Origin: Nitrospira japonica
GTDB lineage: Bacteria > Nitrospirota > Thermodesulfovibrionia > UBA6902
NCBI GenBank assembly: GCA_020723105.1
Contig: DYJL01000017.1
Coordinates: 1,395-65,394 of the forward strand
Reading direction: 5' to 3'
Length of the DNA stretch: 64,000 nt
Shown in pieces: positions 60,675 to 64,000 of this stretch. How positions within the stretch are numbered: position 1 is the first letter of the stretch; every line of letters starts with the position of its first letter. Both the position numbers and the translations under genes were made by a program. The notes under the pieces were generated by a model. That model worked only from the letters and a program-made list of their open reading frames with translations. It did no database searches and was not told where the DNA came from.

Positions 60675-61160
60675 ATGAAAAAATTTATTTTACTCTTTGT
60701 AATCGGCTTGGGAATTGTCTCATTCTTTGCTTCAACAGGCAGCGGCCATAACAACAGCTCTCCCAATTTTGAATGCAACACATGTCATCAGGGTGAAGGC
60801 TCTGCTGAGATAAAAATTGACGGCCTGCCAAAGAAATATGTCCCCGGCAAAGTTTATAAAATGACATTGATAATCGAAAGCGGCAATCAAAGTTTCGGTG
60901 ATAACGCAGGCGGATTTGCCATGGAAGCCTCGGCGGGCGAACTTGTGGTGACTGATAACAAAAATACACAGATAAGCGAAGGGCTTCTGACTCACACACA
61001 GGAGGGCGCAGCGTTAAGAAAATGGACCTTCGGATGGAAGGCCCCGGCTGATAAAAAAGATGTTGACCTGACCATAATGGGTGTAGCTGCAAATGGAGAT
61101 TTTTCGCCGGTCGGCGACGTGATAGGAACGGAAGGTTTAACAATTATGCCGGAGAAATAA
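60675..61160 (+). CDS. Exported monoheme (CxxCH) Reeler-like protein
   Basis: Signal peptide; CNTCH; GLPKKYVPGKVY..GGF..LTHT..WTFGWKAP..VAANGD. Confidence 0.75.
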   Translation: MKKFILLFVIGLGIVSFFASTGSGHNNSSPNFECNTCHQGEGSAEIKIDGLPKKYVPGKVYKMTLIIESGNQSFGDNAGGFAMEASAGELVVTDNKNTQISEGLLTHTQEGAALRKWTFGWKAPADKKDVDLTIMGVAANGDFSPVGDVIGTEGLTIMPEK

Positions 61161-61267
61161 ACATGGGTTGTAAAGAGAAGAGAAAGTGAAAGCAGGCAGT
61201 ATGAAGTAAGCAGTAAGCACGGTAAGTTTATTCTGCTTACTATTTTAAACAAGGGAGGTGCTGACAA

Positions 61268-64000
61268 ATGAAAATTACCAGAAGAGATTTTCTAAGATAT
61301 AGCGCGATAACAACAGCCGCTGCGGCAGCAGGCATAACAAAGCCTGAAATGCTTCTTGCGGCTTATGGGGTGAAGGCGCTACCAGTAGGGCAATGCAGAT
61401 ATTGCGCTGTCGGCTGTACGATGATCGCGGACTGCGAGGTAGACGCTGCGGGAAAAGTTACAAAGATACTCGCCATCAAAGGTGACTTGAAAAGTCCGGT
61501 TAACAGGGGTGTTCTGTGCACAAAAGGTTTTTACCTTCACAAGGCGATGGCCTACAAGGACAGGCCCAAAGGCGCGCTTATCAGAAAAGAGTGGATCAAC
61601 CCTGAGACCGGAAAGCCTGACATGACAAAATCCCCGAGGGTGCTGCAGGGGAAATCAACCAAAGACGTAGCAGGCGCAACGCCTTCGGAAGTTGATATGA
61701 AGGAGAACTTTGTCCTCGTGCCGTGGGAAGACGCGGTAGATTTTGTGGCTGACGCGATTGAAAAATCCATAAAGAGCTACGGCAAGCACAGCGTCGCGTT
61801 TTACGGCAGCGGACAGCTTGGCACTGAAGAGACGCATATTATGAACAAGGTTTTTAAAGGCGGCGGTATGCTGGCCAACAACGCCATCGAAGGCCAGCCG
61901 AGGATGTGCATGGCATCGGCAGTTGTAGGCTACCTTTATGCGTTCGGCAAAGATGAGCCTTACGGGTGTCTTGATGATATAGACGTTCCTGATCCCGATT
62001 ACGGGAAACACGCCGATACTTTCTTCCTCATCGGCAGCAACACTGCGGAGGGGCATCCGATAATATTCAACAGGATCGCTGCATTAAAGTCAAAAAATCC
62101 GAATGTAAAGATTATCCTTGCCGATCCGAGAAAGACGCGCTCAGGAACCATTGCCGATCTGTGGCTGCCCTTTGCAACAGGCAGGGACCTCGTCCTTATC
62201 AATTCAATTGCGTATGTTATTGCGCATGAGCTTGATGGCGCAAAGGCTGATGTTGAAAACGGCACTGTCGAGGCAAAGTGGAAATATCTCGATAAGAAGT
62301 TTATCGAAAAACACGTGAGTTTCGGCATTCATGAAGATGTGAAGAAGACGTGGATAAAAACAAATTACGGCGGCACAAGGGAAGCTGCATGGGATTTGAC
62401 CTATACCGCAGAGCCGAGGAAAACATATCCAAGTCCAAAGAACAAATATGCGTCGGAAGATGAAATAATGAAAGACCTCTACAAGGGTTTCGCGGTATTC
62501 CTGAAATTCCTTGAAGATTATAAACCCGAGAAGGTAACCGATGTGATCTTTGAAGGCGAATCTCCGCTTGTCTATGACAAGGCAACAAGGACATGGAAGA
62601 AAATAAGCGGCCCGGAGGCAATCAGGCTTGCAGCCAAATGGTTTGCAGACGGATATACCCTTTCCGCGTGGTGCATGGGCGTCAACCAAAAACTTCAGGG
62701 CACATGGACCAACGCATCGCTTCACATGCTGCATCTTATCACGGGTAAAGCGGTTAAACCGGGAAAACATTCATACAGTTTCACGGGACAGCCTAACGCC
62801 TGCGGAGGGATAAGGGCGCCCGGCGCACTATGCCATGCCCTGCCGTATGGAAGGCTTGTCGCAAATCCCCTTCACAGAGAAGCAGTGGAAAAGATTTGGA
62901 AAGACAGGGCTGCCGATTATCTGAAAAAGCAGGGAGCAGCCGATACAGTCATAACTGATGAGACGGCAAAGATAAAGATACATGACAAACCGGGCCCGCA
63001 TACGATTGAGATGTTCAGAAGGCTCGGAGCGGGACAGATAAAGCTGCAGATAATTTCAACGGTCAACGCGGGACAGAGCCTTCCGTATTCATGGCCGTAC
63101 AGGCTTGCGATGGGCGCCGCGAATAAAGGCGAGCCGTGGCCGCTTGTAGTCACTCTTGAGGCCTTCCCAAACGCGACAACTCAGGTTTCGGATATCGTGC
63201 TTGGAGCGTCCAGTTGGTATGAAAAAGAATTCATATTCGGAAATCTTGAGAGACGTTATCAGGTGATTAAGCAGGTCATCGAGCCTTACGGCAATACGCT
63301 TCCTGATCACACAATTTTCGCGTGCATCATGAGGAGGCTTGAGGAAAAAGGCGTAGTGCCCAAGGGTCATGTCTCACAGTTCTGGCCTGCTGAATATAAC
63401 GGCAGCGACTGGCTGAAAAAGACCATTGACGCAGGCAAGACAAAAGAATGGAACAGGAAGTTCTCATGGAACATCTGGGATGAGCTAAGGGCTTTGTCAA
63501 AGGGAACAGGGTATGACTTCAGCGGCATGAAGCGCGAACTCCTCCTTGAGCAGAATCACGGCTACAGGATACCTTTCCCTGAAGAAGTGCATACCAATCC
63601 TGAGATCAAGCGGCGGTATGAGAAATACCAGTCAAGTATACAGTACGCTTATCCTTACGATCCGCATATAGAGGGGAAGACAGCCGCTTACATAAAGAAC
63701 ATGAAGGACTTCAATCCGGTTTACGGAGAATGGCTCGATAAAAATATCAATTCCATGAGAGCTGATAAGGAATACCAGAAGGCGCAAAACCTCCCTGACG
63801 GATGGTACGCAAGTTTTTACAACAGCAATGCCTTCATTCATGGAATGCTGGATGTGACAACACCCGACGGCAAGACCAAAAAGATTCCCGGCTGGGACGG
63901 AAGAGCCATAGCCTGGGCTAATCCGTGGTGGGCATGCAAATTTGACGGTAAGCAGTTTGCGAAATATAAATCTGTCACTATTATTGAAAGGAGATTTAAT
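61268..64000 (+). CDS. napA: Periplasmic nitrate reductase NapA-like molybdopterin enzyme (runs off window)
   Basis: Manual translation: Tat signal TRRDFLR; CRYCAVGC..LCTKG [4Fe-4S]; YGSGQ; Mo-ligand region PRMCMASAV; WCMGVNQ; TGQPNACGGIR..LPYGR; open for 911 codons to the edge. Confidence 0.85.
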   Translation, partial: MKITRRDFLRYSAITTAAAAAGITKPEMLLAAYGVKALPVGQCRYCAVGCTMIADCEVDAAGKVTKILAIKGDLKSPVNRGVLCTKGFYLHKAMAYKDRPKGALIRKEWINPETGKPDMTKSPRVLQGKSTKDVAGATPSEVDMKENFVLVPWEDAVDFVADAIEKSIKSYGKHSVAFYGSGQLGTEETHIMNKVFKGGGMLANNAIEGQPRMCMASAVVGYLYAFGKDEPYGCLDDIDVPDPDYGKHADTFFLIGSNTAEGHPIIFNRIAALKSKNPNVKIILADPRKTRSGTIADLWLPFATGRDLVLINSIAYVIAHELDGAKADVENGTVEAKWKYLDKKFIEKHVSFGIHEDVKKTWIKTNYGGTREAAWDLTYTAEPRKTYPSPKNKYASEDEIMKDLYKGFAVFLKFLEDYKPEKVTDVIFEGESPLVYDKATRTWKKISGPEAIRLAAKWFADGYTLSAWCMGVNQKLQGTWTNASLHMLHLITGKAVKPGKHSYSFTGQPNACGGIRAPGALCHALPYGRLVANPLHREAVEKIWKDRAADYLKKQGAADTVITDETAKIKIHDKPGPHTIEMFRRLGAGQIKLQIISTVNAGQSLPYSWPYRLAMGAANKGEPWPLVVTLEAFPNATTQVSDIVLGASSWYEKEFIFGNLERRYQVIKQVIEPYGNTLPDHTIFACIMRRLEEKGVVPKGHVSQFWPAEYNGSDWLKKTIDAGKTKEWNRKFSWNIWDELRALSKGTGYDFSGMKRELLLEQNHGYRIPFPEEVHTNPEIKRRYEKYQSSIQYAYPYDPHIEGKTAAYIKNMKDFNPVYGEWLDKNINSMRADKEYQKAQNLPDGWYASFYNSNAFIHGMLDVTTPDGKTKKIPGWDGRAIAWANPWWACKFDGKQFAKYKSVTIIERRFN

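Noticed and set aside
1-64000. CRISPR array, prophage or recognised defence operon
   Set aside because: No regularly spaced 25-40 bp repeats and no cas, integrase or phage structural genes were seen; radC is in its housekeeping context.

Overview
Bacterial chromosomal window, moderately AT-rich and with a diderm gene set. Gene content and order suggest an anaerobic Nitrospirota/Thermodesulfovibrionia- or deltaproteobacteria-like organism (inference). Most of it is housekeeping: clpC, nrdR-glyA-rpiB, coaE, leuCD, hemH-hemY, glyQS, ppdK, parAB, purHDE, radC-rph-murI, gmhA, argH, lipid A genes and scpB, plus tRNA-Ile2(CAT). The right end holds a nitrate-to-ammonium cluster: octaheme nitrite reductase, a Reeler-like monoheme protein and an unusually long NapA-like enzyme. 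The main oddities are: (1) a stand-alone, Cys-rich protein fusing an archaeal MtrA-like corrinoid domain to DUF4346; (2) many degenerate 7-bp tandem arrays, each locus with its own heptamer, found as inverted pairs between genes and in frame inside core enzymes; (3) a diguanylate cyclase wedged between leuC and leuD, followed by a PilZ membrane protein; (4) three matching sigma28-type promoters, one driving a periplasmic rhodanese plus a large MCP; (5) twin Crp/Fnr-type boxes in an nfu/DUF1858 cluster; (6) REP/MITE elements, one translated inside lpxK; (7) a decayed IS1634-disrupted cassette between glyS and ppdK. All calls come from reading the sequence and recognising motifs; no database searches were run.
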